DNA of 62,639 nt, counting the filler, from an uncultured Gemmatimonadota bacterium (GTDB taxonomy: Bacteria; GCA-2686955): assembly GCA_964490075.1 (NCBI GenBank). It is 4 parts of 4 records of this genome, joined end to end, with 100 filler letters (N's around TTAATTAATTAA, not from the genome) between each part and the next. Parts side by side here need not be neighbours in the genome. Positions count along the whole stretch, not along the records: positions 16,245 to 32,177 come from CAZBBK010000091.1; 3 more parts are not named here. The stretch is one strand, 5' to 3'. The stretch's first letter is position 1, and each line of letters opens with the position of its first letter. The notes beneath the pieces were generated by a model. The model had not been told where the DNA came from and did not search any database. It saw only the letters and a program-made list of their open reading frames with translations. Below are positions 19,030-30,099 of this stretch, piece after piece. The position numbers were made by a program, and so were the translations under genes.

Positions 19030-20855
19030 CGGGGCTCCGGCTCGTCGTGCTCGCCGCGGCGATCGCGGGGCAGCGGCTCCCGGTCGCCAATTGGGAGCGG
19101 AGAGGAAGTCGGTCGCCCGGCGGCGGGGGCCGGGGCGGCGCTGCTGTCGGCGGCAAGGATCGGCTCGGGATCGGGAATGGTGACTGCGGGGACGGGGAGA
19201 CCGAGCGCAGCTGCCGAGACGGCGGCGGCGAGGGTTCCGGGAAAGCGCTCGGTGACCTGCCGATAGATCGAATCGGCGCGTTCCGGCTGGGCCAGGGGGC
19301 CGCGCAGAATCCATGCCATCGCCAGGTCGGAACGCGGCCGCCAGGGCGTGTCGGGAGCCTGCTCGACCAGCTCGGCGTAGGACCGCAACGAGTCGAGGGG
19401 CCGATCCTCTATCACCAGGAGATGCTCCGCCAGCAGAAAACGGGCGCGCTCCGCCGCCTCGCCCTCGGCATCCGCGGCATCGCGCTGCAGGCTGAGGTAG
19501 CGATCGAGGTCCCGCTGCTCCTCACGAGCGATCTTGGCGGCGTCGGAATCGGGGCTCTCGGCGATCAGGAGCGCCAGGGTTCGCTTGGCGCGTGCCAGAT
19601 CGCCGCCCCTCGCGCGATGCAGTCGCGCCAGCGCCAGCAACGCCTCGGCCCCCTCGTTGGTGCCGGGATAGCGCTCGATGATCCGGTGGTAGGTCTCGAT
19701 CGCCTGGGCCGGCTCTCCGCGCTCCACCTGGATTCGGGCCAGATCGAGCAAGGCCCGCGAGGCGTCGCGGAAATGGCGCTGGTCGTCCGCGATCTCGCGC
19801 AACATCGCGGTTCCTTCGTCGGGGCGCTCGGCCTCGGCCAGGGCTCCGGCCGATGCCAGGGTGGCCTCGAAGCGCTCCTCGGGCGTGAGCCGCGCGCGCA
19901 GCGCCTCGGCGAAGGCATCGATGGCTGCCCCCGGATCTCCGGCGCGGCGCAGAGCGTGCCCCAGGCGCATCGAGAGCGCGGCATCGGAGGGGCTGTCCTG
20001 GGCGAGGAGCTGGGAGAGGATCCCGGCCGCGGCGGCCGGATCGTCGTCGCCCTCGAAAGACTCCGCCAGCTCGATCCCGGCGGCGCGCCGAATCGATGCC
20101 GGGTGCGCGCCGCTCAGCAGCTCCTGCCAGATCTCGCGGGCATCCACCTTGCGCGCCATGGCGTGCAGCGCCCGCCCCTCGTAGAGCCGGGCCTCTTCCA
20201 GGAAAGGGCTGGCGCCGTAGTAGCGCCGCAGCTCCACGAACTTGGTGTGGGCGTCGGGGTAGTAACGCTTTTCGTAAAGCGCCTTGCCCATCAGGAAGAT
20301 GGCGTCGTCCCTCCAGTCGGAATCGGGATAGAGCGAGATCACCTTGGCGCACTTGGTGATGCAGGCGTCGAGCAGGCGCTCTTCGGAACCGATCACCGGC
20401 CGGAGCTCGACTTGGCGCGGCCGCCGCGGCCGCGGGTTGGGATCACGTTCCGCCTCCTCCCGCTCGGACACCCCCTTCCCGCCGGCGCGCAGCGTGGAGT
20501 CGAACCTCGCATAGGCCTTCGCCAGGGCCACCGAATCGGGCTCCGACAGCGGCAGCTCGAATCCCAGGGAATCGATCAGTACCGCCTGGAGGGAATCGGC
20601 GCGCGCCAGCGAATCGGCGGCATCGCTTTCCAGGCGCGCCAACACGTCGGCACCAGAGCCCCCGGCGGCGAGCCATTCTTGCAGCGCGCTCCAGTAGCGC
20701 TCCTCGTCCTCGGCGCGCTTCTCGATGCGTCGCTGCCGCGATTCCAACGCCTCCTGGTAGCGCGCCTGCGCGTTGTAGAAAGTGTTGTAATAGACACAGC
20801 CGCTCGCGACCGAAGTCACGACCGCCAGCGCGACCAGGCGCCGACCCTTCGCCAT
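19026..20855 (-). CDS. Tetratricopeptide-repeat lipoprotein
   Basis: Lipobox VASG|C followed by VYYNTFYNA; many TPR/BamD-like units (YPDSDWRDDAIFLMGKA, YPGTNEGAEALL). Confidence 0.85.
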   Translation of the reverse strand: MAKGRRLVALAVVTSVASGCVYYNTFYNAQARYQEALESRQRRIEKRAEDEERYWSALQEWLAAGGSGADVLARLESDAADSLARADSLQAVLIDSLGFELPLSEPDSVALAKAYARFDSTLRAGGKGVSEREEAERDPNPRPRRPRQVELRPVIGSEERLLDACITKCAKVISLYPDSDWRDDAIFLMGKALYEKRYYPDAHTKFVELRRYYGASPFLEEARLYEGRALHAMARKVDAREIWQELLSGAHPASIRRAAGIELAESFEGDDDPAAAAGILSQLLAQDSPSDAALSMRLGHALRRAGDPGAAIDAFAEALRARLTPEERFEATLASAGALAEAERPDEGTAMLREIADDQRHFRDASRALLDLARIQVERGEPAQAIETYHRIIERYPGTNEGAEALLALARLHRARGGDLARAKRTLALLIAESPDSDAAKIAREEQRDLDRYLSLQRDAADAEGEAAERARFLLAEHLLVIEDRPLDSLRSYAELVEQAPDTPWRPRSDLAMAWILRGPLAQPERADSIYRQVTERFPGTLAAAVSAAALGLPVPAVTIPDPEPILAADSSAAPAPAAGRPTSSPLPIGDREPLPRDRRGEHDEPEPR

Positions 20856-20859
20856 CGTC

Positions 20860-22149
20860 TCAGCGCCGCCCCTCGTGCACCACCGCGCCCCCGAGCACGG
20901 TCGCAACCACTTTACCGCGCAGGCGCCGGCCCTCGAAGGGGCTGTTGCGGGATCGCGAGTGGCTGGTCGCCACCGCGTACTCCTGCTCGGCATCGGGGTC
21001 CAGCAGCACCACGTCGCCGCGCAGCCCGGGCAGCAGACGGCCCCGGTCCCGCAACCCGAACACCGCCGCCGGCCCCGAGCTCAGCAGCCGAATCAGCGCC
21101 GGCAGCGACAGGTGATCGGCCAGCGTGGTGCGCGCCACCGCGAAGGCGCTTTCCAGTCCGATCACGCCGAAGGGTGCGGCACCGAATCCCATCTCTTTCT
21201 CGTCGGGCAGATGGGGTGCGTGGTCGGTGGCGATGGCGTCGACGGTGCCGTCGGCACAGGCCTCGATCAGCGCCCGGCGATCGGCGGCGCTGCGCAGCGG
21301 CGGGTTCATCTTGAAGTTGGCGTCGTAGTCGCAGGCCTCCACCTCCTGCTCATCGAGCGCCAAGTGATGCGGCGTCACCTCGCAGCTGACCGCCAGGCCG
21401 CGTCCGCGTGCTTCGCGCACTCGCTCGATCGTGGCGGCGGTCGAAACATGCGCGACGTGGTAGCGGCCTCCGGTGATCTCCAGCAGCATCAAATCGCGCG
21501 CGACCACGATCTCTTCGGCGCAAACGTGCATGCCGCCCAGACCGAGTCGGGTGGCGATCGCGCCTTCGTTCATGGCTCCGCCGTGGGTCAGCGCCGTGTC
21601 TTCCGCATGCTGCACCACCGGCAGGTCGAACTGTCGCGCATACTCCATGGCGCGGCGCATCAAGCCGGAGTCGAGCACCGGCTTGCCGTCGTCGGAGAAC
21701 GCGACACATCCGGCGGCCGCCATCTCGCCCATCGGCGCCAGCTGCTCGCCTGCCAGGCCGCATGTCAGGGCACCGATCACCTGCACCTCGGTGAGCCCGA
21801 TCGCCCGGCCGCGCTCGCGTACATAGCGCACCGATTCCTGATCGTGCAGCGGCGGCTCGGTGTTCGGCATGACGCAGACCGTGGTGAAGCCACCGGCGGC
21901 GGCACAGCGCGAGCCGGACTCGATGTCTTCCTTCCACTCCTGCCCGGGCTCGCGGAAATGGGCGTGCAGATCGATGAAGCCGGGTGCCACCACCAGACCG
22001 GCGGCGTCCAGCCGGGCAGCGTCGGCGTCGATATGAGGCGCCAGCTCGACAATCTCTCCGTCGCGGATCAACAGATCGGCCGCTGGCATTTCGCCCTTGA
22101 TGGGATCGACCACGGTGCCGCCGGATATCAACAGATTTTCACTGGGCAT
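20860..22149 (-). CDS. pyrC: Dihydroorotase
   Basis: PGFIDLHAHFREPG, MPNT, HVAHVS, EVTPHH, KMNPPLR, ATDHAPH. Confidence 0.97.
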   Translation of the reverse strand: MPSENLLISGGTVVDPIKGEMPAADLLIRDGEIVELAPHIDADAARLDAAGLVVAPGFIDLHAHFREPGQEWKEDIESGSRCAAAGGFTTVCVMPNTEPPLHDQESVRYVRERGRAIGLTEVQVIGALTCGLAGEQLAPMGEMAAAGCVAFSDDGKPVLDSGLMRRAMEYARQFDLPVVQHAEDTALTHGGAMNEGAIATRLGLGGMHVCAEEIVVARDLMLLEITGGRYHVAHVSTAATIERVREARGRGLAVSCEVTPHHLALDEQEVEACDYDANFKMNPPLRSAADRRALIEACADGTVDAIATDHAPHLPDEKEMGFGAAPFGVIGLESAFAVARTTLADHLSLPALIRLLSSGPAAVFGLRDRGRLLPGLRGDVVLLDPDAEQEYAVATSHSRSRNSPFEGRRLRGKVVATVLGGAVVHEGRR

Positions 22150-23098
22150 GGGCCGCCCTCATGGTTTGTTGCGCCAACAGGTAGGTCACCGCCATGCGGA
22201 TGGCGACACCATTGGTGACTTGCGAGAGGATGAGCCCGTCCGCGGCGTCGGCGACCCGCGAGTCGAGCTCCACGTTGCGGTTGATCGGCCCTGGGTGCAG
22301 CACCAGAATATCGCGTCCGGCCGCCGTCAGCCGTTCGGGAGTGATGCCGAAAAGGCGGGCGTACTCGCGGGTCGAGGGGAAGCGCGAGGTGCCGATCCGC
22401 TCCAGCTGGATGCGCAACACATTGATCGCGTCGGCCTCGCTCAGGGCGTCTTCGATGCGTCCATAGACCCGCACTCCCAGCTCTTCGATCCCCAGCGGGA
22501 TCAGGCTGGGCGGCCCGCAGACTCCCACCTCCGCGCCCAGCTTGCGCAGGCCGTGGATGTTGGAGCGCGCCACCCGGCTGTGGGCGATGTCGCCGATGAT
22601 CACCACCCGCTTGCCGCGCAGATCGTGCAAGACCTCCAGCAAGGTGTAGAGGTCGAGCAAGCCCTGGGTCGGGTGCTCGTGGCAACCGTCTCCGGCGTTG
22701 ACGACGTGGGCGCCGACCTGCTGGGCCAGGCGATGCGGCGCGCCGGAGTCGGAGTGGCGCATCACGATCATGTCGACCTGCATCGCCTCGATGTTCTGGG
22801 CGGTATCGCGCAGGCTCTCGCCCTTGTTCACCGACGAGGCCGCCACCGCGAGTCCGATCGAGTCGGCGGAGAGACGCTTCTGCGCCAGCTCGAAGCTCAT
22901 CTTGGTTCGGGTCGAGCTCTCGAAGAAGAGGTTGGCGACGGTGAAGCCGCGCAGCGCCGGCACGGCGCGGATCGGGCGGTCGAGCACCTCGCGGAACTCG
23001 CGGGCGGTGTCCAGGATCAGGCGGATCTCGCGTTCCTCGAGCTGCTCGATGCCCAGCAGATCCTTGCGCTCGAGGCCGGGCGCGTCGTTCAGCTTCAT
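22139..23098 (-). CDS. pyrB: Aspartate carbamoyltransferase catalytic subunit
   Basis: [41 protein letters not shown]. Confidence 0.97.
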   Translation of the reverse strand: MKLNDAPGLERKDLLGIEQLEEREIRLILDTAREFREVLDRPIRAVPALRGFTVANLFFESSTRTKMSFELAQKRLSADSIGLAVAASSVNKGESLRDTAQNIEAMQVDMIVMRHSDSGAPHRLAQQVGAHVVNAGDGCHEHPTQGLLDLYTLLEVLHDLRGKRVVIIGDIAHSRVARSNIHGLRKLGAEVGVCGPPSLIPLGIEELGVRVYGRIEDALSEADAINVLRIQLERIGTSRFPSTREYARLFGITPERLTAAGRDILVLHPGPINRNVELDSRVADAADGLILSQVTNGVAIRMAVTYLLAQQTMRAAHAQ

Positions 23099-23664
23099 GG
23101 CCTCGGCTCCACCGCGTCCGGCAGGTCGCAAACGTAGACCGCCTCCTCGCCGTCGGTCTCGCTCAGGTTGACCTGGATCGCCTCGGTCTGCGCGGTCGGC
23201 ACGTTGCGACCCACGTAGTCGGCACGGATCGGCAGCTCGCGGTGGCCGCGATCGACCAGCACCGCGAGCTGGATCGACTGCGGGCGCCCGTAGTCGACCA
23301 GCACGCTGAGCGCGGCCCGCACCGTGCGCCCGGTGTAGAGCACGTCGTCGACCAGGATGATGCGCATCCCGTTGATGTCGAAGGGCAGCCGTGTGGAGCC
23401 GATCACCGGGTGGTAGCCGATCGACTGCAGGTCGTCGCGGTAGAGAGTGATGTCGAGGTAGCCGAAGGGCAGGCGCACCCCTTCGAACTGCTCGATGCCA
23501 CGCACCAGGCGCTCGCCGAGGGGGATGCCGCGGGTGCGGATCCCGACCACCGCCAGATCGCCGGTGCCCTTGTTGCGCTCCACGACCTCGTGGGCGATGC
23601 GGGTGGTGGCCCGCTGGATGCGGTCGGCATCCATGATCAGAGACTTGCGCTTCAGGCTCGCCAA
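23095..23664 (-). CDS. pyrR: Pyrimidine operon regulator/uracil phosphoribosyltransferase
   Basis: [40 protein letters not shown]. Confidence 0.97.
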   Translation of the reverse strand: MASLKRKSLIMDADRIQRATTRIAHEVVERNKGTGDLAVVGIRTRGIPLGERLVRGIEQFEGVRLPFGYLDITLYRDDLQSIGYHPVIGSTRLPFDINGMRIILVDDVLYTGRTVRAALSVLVDYGRPQSIQLAVLVDRGHRELPIRADYVGRNVPTAQTEAIQVNLSETDGEEAVYVCDLPDAVEPRP

Positions 23665-23747
23665 GGGCTTCCCTCTCGCTTCCCGGGGAGCCGAAAGAGG
23701 CGCGTTCTCCCCCCTGCCGCGGCGACGACCGCCGGACCCGGGGGCCG

Positions 23748-23780
23748 CCCTTTCCGGCCTCTCGGGACCGGGTTAAAGGG
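23748..23780 (-). promoter_or_regulatory. PyrR-binding RNA element
   Basis: mRNA CCCUUUAACCCGGUCCCGAGAGGCCGGAAAGGG matches the PyrR loop consensus (CUUUAA...GUCC.GAGAGGC..AAGG), in the pyrR leader. Confidence 0.9.
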
Positions 23781-23794
23781 AGACGTCGGCGGAT

Positions 23795-23823
23795 AGAGTA
23801 GACCGGGGGTGGACGAGGATCAA
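23795..23823 (-). promoter_or_regulatory. Putative sigma70 promoter of the pyr operon
   Basis: TTGATC-N17-TACTCT just upstream of the PyrR element. Confidence 0.6.
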
Positions 23824-25031
23824 GGAGCGGAAGGCGGCTCTTCCCGCTCCTGCAGCGCCAGCTCGTCCCCCGCCCGCCGCGCCGCCTCCAGCACCTCGAG
23901 CAGGGGCACGCCGAGCTTCCGGGCCAGCGCCGCGCAGTCCCGATACTCGGGGGCCGCGCGCCAACGGCCGTCGGGGAGCCGGGCCAGCTTGACGGCGACG
24001 CTGCCGTGCGGCGTGGTGACGCGGCGGGTCTCGCGGCTGGCGAGGTGGCGCTCGGAGTGCCGCACGCGCACCCCCAGGGTGGTGGTCTCGGCCAGCAGCA
24101 GATTCGCGCACGCGGCCTCGACCTCCGCCGGCGCGATCACCGTGAAGAGCATTGCCGGCCGGCCCTGCTTCATCACCACCGGGATCACGAAGGCATCGAG
24201 AGCACCGGACTCGAGGAGCCGCTCGATCACGAAGGGCACGATCTCTGGGCTCATGTCGTCGACATTGGCCTCCAGCACCGCCACTCGCCCGGCCGGCGCC
24301 ATGGCGTGCAAGAGCGTGGCGCGCAGCAGGTTCGGTCGCCCGCCGGGCAGCTCCCGATTGCCGGCACCGTAGGCGCTGCGCAAGGGCACACCCTGCCAGC
24401 CGGGCTGAACCGGCTTGGCGCAGGCCGCCAGGATCGCCGCCCCGGTCGGCGTCGTCAGCTCGGCCGCCAGGCCGCTGTAGACCACCGGAAAGCCGGCCAG
24501 CAGCTCCAGCGTGGCGGGTGCGGGCACCGGCATGGTGCCGTGCGCGCAATCGACCGTGCCGCTCCCCAGGTGCACGGGCGACACCCGCAGCTCGTCGACC
24601 GCCAGGAGCTCCAACGCCACCGCGACGCCCACGATGTCGATGATGGCGTCGAGCGCCCCGACCTCGTGAAAGTGAATCTGGTCGACCGCCACGCCGTGGA
24701 CCTTCGCCTCGGCCTCGGCGAGCCGCCGAAAGACCGCCCGCGCCCGCACGGCCGCCGCGCCCGGCAGCTTCCCGGCGTCGATGATCGCCTCGATGTCGGC
24801 GAGGTGGCGATGGGCGTGCTCCTCGGGGACCCTCACCCGCGCATCGGTCGCGGCAATGCCTTGGCGGCGCACCCGTCCGAGCTCCAGGCTCCAGCCCGCC
24901 ACCGGGAGGGTCTCCAAAGCCGCCCGCAGCGCCGCCGCATCGGCCCCCAGTCCGACACAGGCACCCAGCGCCATATCGCCGGCGATGCCGCTCTGCGGAT
25001 CGAAGAGCAGGAGCTGGCGCTCACCGCTCAT
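23820..25031 (-). CDS. larC: Nickel pincer cofactor biosynthesis protein LarC (full-length C1+C2)
   Basis: SGIAGDM.LGA, HFHEVGALDAIIDI, CAHG.MPVPAPAT, TTPTGAA, EANVDD, MKQGRP, ETTTLGVR, PEY.DC. Confidence 0.95.
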   Translation of the reverse strand: MSGERQLLLFDPQSGIAGDMALGACVGLGADAAALRAALETLPVAGWSLELGRVRRQGIAATDARVRVPEEHAHRHLADIEAIIDAGKLPGAAAVRARAVFRRLAEAEAKVHGVAVDQIHFHEVGALDAIIDIVGVAVALELLAVDELRVSPVHLGSGTVDCAHGTMPVPAPATLELLAGFPVVYSGLAAELTTPTGAAILAACAKPVQPGWQGVPLRSAYGAGNRELPGGRPNLLRATLLHAMAPAGRVAVLEANVDDMSPEIVPFVIERLLESGALDAFVIPVVMKQGRPAMLFTVIAPAEVEAACANLLLAETTTLGVRVRHSERHLASRETRRVTTPHGSVAVKLARLPDGRWRAAPEYRDCAALARKLGVPLLEVLEAARRAGDELALQEREEPPSAP

Positions 25032-25785
25032 CGTCGGGTCCCGAATGGTTGATCAGCGAGGCCGCATAGCCGGCGCCGAAGCCGTTGTCGATGTTGACCA
25101 CGCTGACGCCCGCCGCGCAGCTGTTCAGCATCCCGAGCAACGCGGCGATCCCGCCGAAGCTGGCGCCATAGCCGACCGAAGTCGGCACCGCCAGCACCGG
25201 GCGCCGCACCAGGCCGGCCACCACGCTGGCCAGCGCTCCCTCCATCCCGGCCACCACCACCAGCACCCGAGCGCCGCGCAGCCGCTCGTGGACCGCTGCC
25301 AGGCGGTGGATACCCGCCACCCCTACGTCGCTGATCAGCTCGGTGTCGTTGCCCATCACCTCGAGGGTCCGCACCGCCTCGGCCGCCACCGGCAGATCGG
25401 AGGTGCCCGCGGTCACCACCACCACCACCCCCTGCCCGCGCGGCGCGTCGCCGCGGTCGAGGTAGGCGATGCGCGCCGCGTCGTCCCAGCACAGCTCCTG
25501 CACTCGGCGGCGCGCCCGCTCGAAGAGCGCAGCCGTGGCCCGCGTCGCCAGCACCGAGCCGCCCTGCCCGGCGATGCGCTCGATGATCGCCGCCGCCTGC
25601 TCCTCGCTCTTCCCCTGGCAGAGCACCACCTCGGGGAAGCCGCGGCGCAGGCCGCGCTGGTGATCGATGCGGGCGAAGCCCAGGTCCTCGGCGGGGAAAT
25701 GGGCCAGACGCTCGAGGGCCGCACCGACCTCCAGCTCGCCACCGGCTACCGAGCGCAGCAGCCGCTCCAGCTCGATCCGGGTCAT
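25021..25785 (-). CDS. larB: Nickel pincer cofactor biosynthesis protein LarB (AIR carboxylase-like)
   Basis: DHQR..RRGFPEV, AGTSDLPVA.EA, DVGVAG.HRL, AGMEGAL.SVV, PTSVGYG, NIDNGFGA. Confidence 0.95.
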   Translation of the reverse strand: MTRIELERLLRSVAGGELEVGAALERLAHFPAEDLGFARIDHQRGLRRGFPEVVLCQGKSEEQAAAIIERIAGQGGSVLATRATAALFERARRRVQELCWDDAARIAYLDRGDAPRGQGVVVVVTAGTSDLPVAAEAVRTLEVMGNDTELISDVGVAGIHRLAAVHERLRGARVLVVVAGMEGALASVVAGLVRRPVLAVPTSVGYGASFGGIAALLGMLNSCAAGVSVVNIDNGFGAGYAASLINHSGPDDER

Positions 25786-25801
25786 GACGCGCCCCGCTCC
25801 A

Positions 25802-26791
25802 TCACGCCGCCGCCCGTCCCAGAGCCGCCTCGAGCACCTCGTGCACCTCGGCCAGCCCTTCGGTGGCAAAGAGCCGCGCCCGCAGCCGCGCCGCGCCCGG
25901 CAGCCCCTTGGTGTATGCCGCCAGATGGCGCCGCAGCTCGCGCACCGTGCGCCCCTCGTCGAAGCCCAGCGCCACCGCGATGCGCAGATGCTCGGCGATG
26001 ATCTCGAAACGCCGCGCCGCACCCGGCTCGGGCAGCAGCTCGCCGGTCGCCAGGAAGTGCTTCATGTGCTGGAAGATCCACGGCCGGCCGATGGCCCCGC
26101 GGCCGATCATCAGCGCTGCCACGCCGGTCTCGTCGAACATTCGCCGGGCGTCTTCGGGAGTGAAGAGGTCGCCGTTGCCGATCACCGGCACCGAGAGCGC
26201 CGAGCGCACCGCCGCGATGCGCCGCCAGTCCGCTCTTCCCGAGTGACCCTGGGCGCGAGTGCGGCCGTGCACCGCCAGCGCTGACACGCCGGCCCCTTCC
26301 AACACCTCGGCCAGACGCAGAGTCACCGTCTCGTTGGTCCAACGTTCCCAGCCCGTGCGCATCTTCGCGGTGACCGGCAGCCGCACCGCCTGCACCACCG
26401 CCGCCGCGATCTCGCCCAGCAGCACCGGGTCGCGCAGGCAGCCGGAGCCGCCGTTCTTGTCGGCGATCTTGCGCGCCGGGCAGCCGAAGTTGAGATCGAC
26501 GAAATCGGGAGCGTGGTGCTCCTCGACCAGGCGCGCCGCGCGCGCCATATCGGCCGGATCGGCGCCGAAGATCTGAATCCCGATCGGCCGCTCGGCGGCC
26601 ACGAAACGCAGCCGCTCCACCTGCTTCTCCACGTCGCGCAAGAGCGCCTGGGCCGACGCGAACTCGGTGACCAGCACATCGGCGCCGAAACGCTTGGCGA
26701 TCAACCGATAAGGATGGTCGGTCAACCCGGCCATCGGCGACAGGTAGAGCGCGCCGGAGAGATCGAAGGGCAGTGGGCGAGGGTGTGGCAC
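25802..26791 (-). CDS. dusB: tRNA dihydrouridine synthase DusB (NifR3 family)
   Basis: [41 protein letters not shown]. Confidence 0.95.
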   Translation of the reverse strand: MPHPRPLPFDLSGALYLSPMAGLTDHPYRLIAKRFGADVLVTEFASAQALLRDVEKQVERLRFVAAERPIGIQIFGADPADMARAARLVEEHHAPDFVDLNFGCPARKIADKNGGSGCLRDPVLLGEIAAAVVQAVRLPVTAKMRTGWERWTNETVTLRLAEVLEGAGVSALAVHGRTRAQGHSGRADWRRIAAVRSALSVPVIGNGDLFTPEDARRMFDETGVAALMIGRGAIGRPWIFQHMKHFLATGELLPEPGAARRFEIIAEHLRIAVALGFDEGRTVRELRRHLAAYTKGLPGAARLRARLFATEGLAEVHEVLEAALGRAAA

Positions 26792-26817
26792 GCAGCGATT
26801 GTAGCCGGATTCCCCGC

Positions 26818-28241
<1,424 letters not shown>

Positions 28242-28245
<4 letters not shown>

Positions 28246-29966
28246 CGGCTCTCCTCGGCTTCCAGCGCCCCGACCGGCAGCTCCAGGGTGGCGAGGGCCC
28301 CTCCGCCGGTTCGGCTTTCCAGGTTCAGGTCTCCTCCGTGGCGTTCCACGATGGCGTGGCTCACGTAGAGCCCGAGTCCCGTGCCTTCCTCCTTCTTGGA
28401 GAAGAAGGGCTCGAAGATCCGGGCCTGGTCCTCGTCGCGCAATCCGGGCCCGCGATCGGCGACGGAGATCACCACATGAGACGTTTCTCCACTACTGAGG
28501 TCGGCAGACGACGCGAAGCGATTGACCGCGCGCAGCTCGATCTCGATCTCGGCGCCGCGCTCGGAGACCTCGATGGCGTTCTTGACCAGGTTGATGAGCA
28601 CCTGCTGGATCTTGTCGGCGTCGACCCAGATCGGTGGAATCGTCTCCCCGGGCCGCACCACCACCGCGACCTCGTGGCGCTCGCTGAGATCGACCAGCGA
28701 GCGCAGCGCGCGCTCCACCACCTCGGCCGCGTCGACCTGCTCGCGAAAGAGCGACATCGGACGAGAGGCGGAGTAGAGGTCGACGATGATCCGGTCGAGA
28801 CGCATGATCTCGTTGATGATGAAGTGGATCGTCTCGCGCTGGGGATCTTCCTCGGGGATCCGCTTGGCCAGGTACTGAACGCCGGTCATGATGCCGGCCA
28901 GGGGGTTGCGGATCTCGTGAGCCACGCTGGTGGTGAGCCGGCCGATCGCCGCCAGCTTTTCGAGCTGGAAGATCTCCTCGTCGGTGCGGCGCAGCCGCGA
29001 AGTATCGGCCAGCTCGGCGACCACGCCGGATTCGGGGCCGTGCGCGCCGCGCAGCAGCGAAGTCTTCACCTGCAGCATCGCCTGGGAGCCGTCTGGGCGT
29101 TCGATCCGCAGGTTTTTCAGCGACTGCGCCTTGCCCTTGGCCAGGGTGAGGAGCAGCGGGTTCGGATTCTGGTCGCGGGGGCGCCACAGCTCCTTGATCG
29201 GGCGCCCCAGCGCCGCTTCGGCGGCCAGGCCCAGGAACTCGGCGGCGCGGGTGTTGATACCGGTCACCCGGGTCTGGCGGTCGATGGTGACGAGACCCGA
29301 CTCGATCGAGTTGGTGACCGAGGCGCGAAAGTGCTGTTCGCGGCGCAGCCGGCGATAGAGCACCGCGTTCTCGATGGCGATCCCGAGCTGCGCCAGGAAG
29401 AGATCGAGCGAGAGCGCCTCGTCCTGACACGGGGGCTCGCGCTCCCCGGGATCGGCGGCGACGATTCCCAGGCCCTTCTGCAGCGGATAGGTGACGAAGG
29501 GACCCAGCTCCGGCGCGCCGCGGGGTGCGGCGCCGAGCAGAGCGCGCGTGCCTTCGCCGTTCACCGCCTGGCCCTCTTTCAGCGACCGGATCAGCGCCGA
29601 GGCGGAGTCGCCGAGCTCCACTTCGACCGCCAGCGCCGCGCCCTCCTCGCCGCCGAAGAGCGCGCCGGCAAGCACGTCCTTCTGCCGGTCGTGGAGCCCT
29701 ACGAAGACCCAGGAGAGGTCGAGGCAGCGACGCAGGAAGTCGCCGACGATGCGCACCGCCTGCTGGACGTCGGGGGCGTCGGCGATCTCCACCGAGACCT
29801 CGGTCAGCTCGATCAGCCGCAGGGTGCTCTGCGCCCAGGGATCGCGCTTGCCGCGCAGCAGGCGCCGGACCCGATCGAAGGCGTGGCCGGCGGCGGCCAG
29901 AGGACCGACGTCGGAATCGGGGGGCGGCCACTGGGGAACAGCGTTGGGGTTCACCGCGGGTTTCAT
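28242..29966 (-). CDS. Cytoplasmic GAF-PAS sensor histidine kinase
   Basis: IAIENA GAF end, PAS domain, AHEIRNPL H-box, N-box NLVKNA, DRGPG, FEPFF, GTGLGL; no obvious TM. Confidence 0.93.
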
Positions 29967-30099
29967 TGCAGACACGGTACGGCGGGCGCGGGGCACGATG
30001 AGCTGAGGTTGGACCCGCGCGGCCGAAGTGGGGACTGGTGACCAGCCTAGGAAGCGGTGCCCACGCTGTCAATCATGGTCGCCGTGCACCGACGACCAC

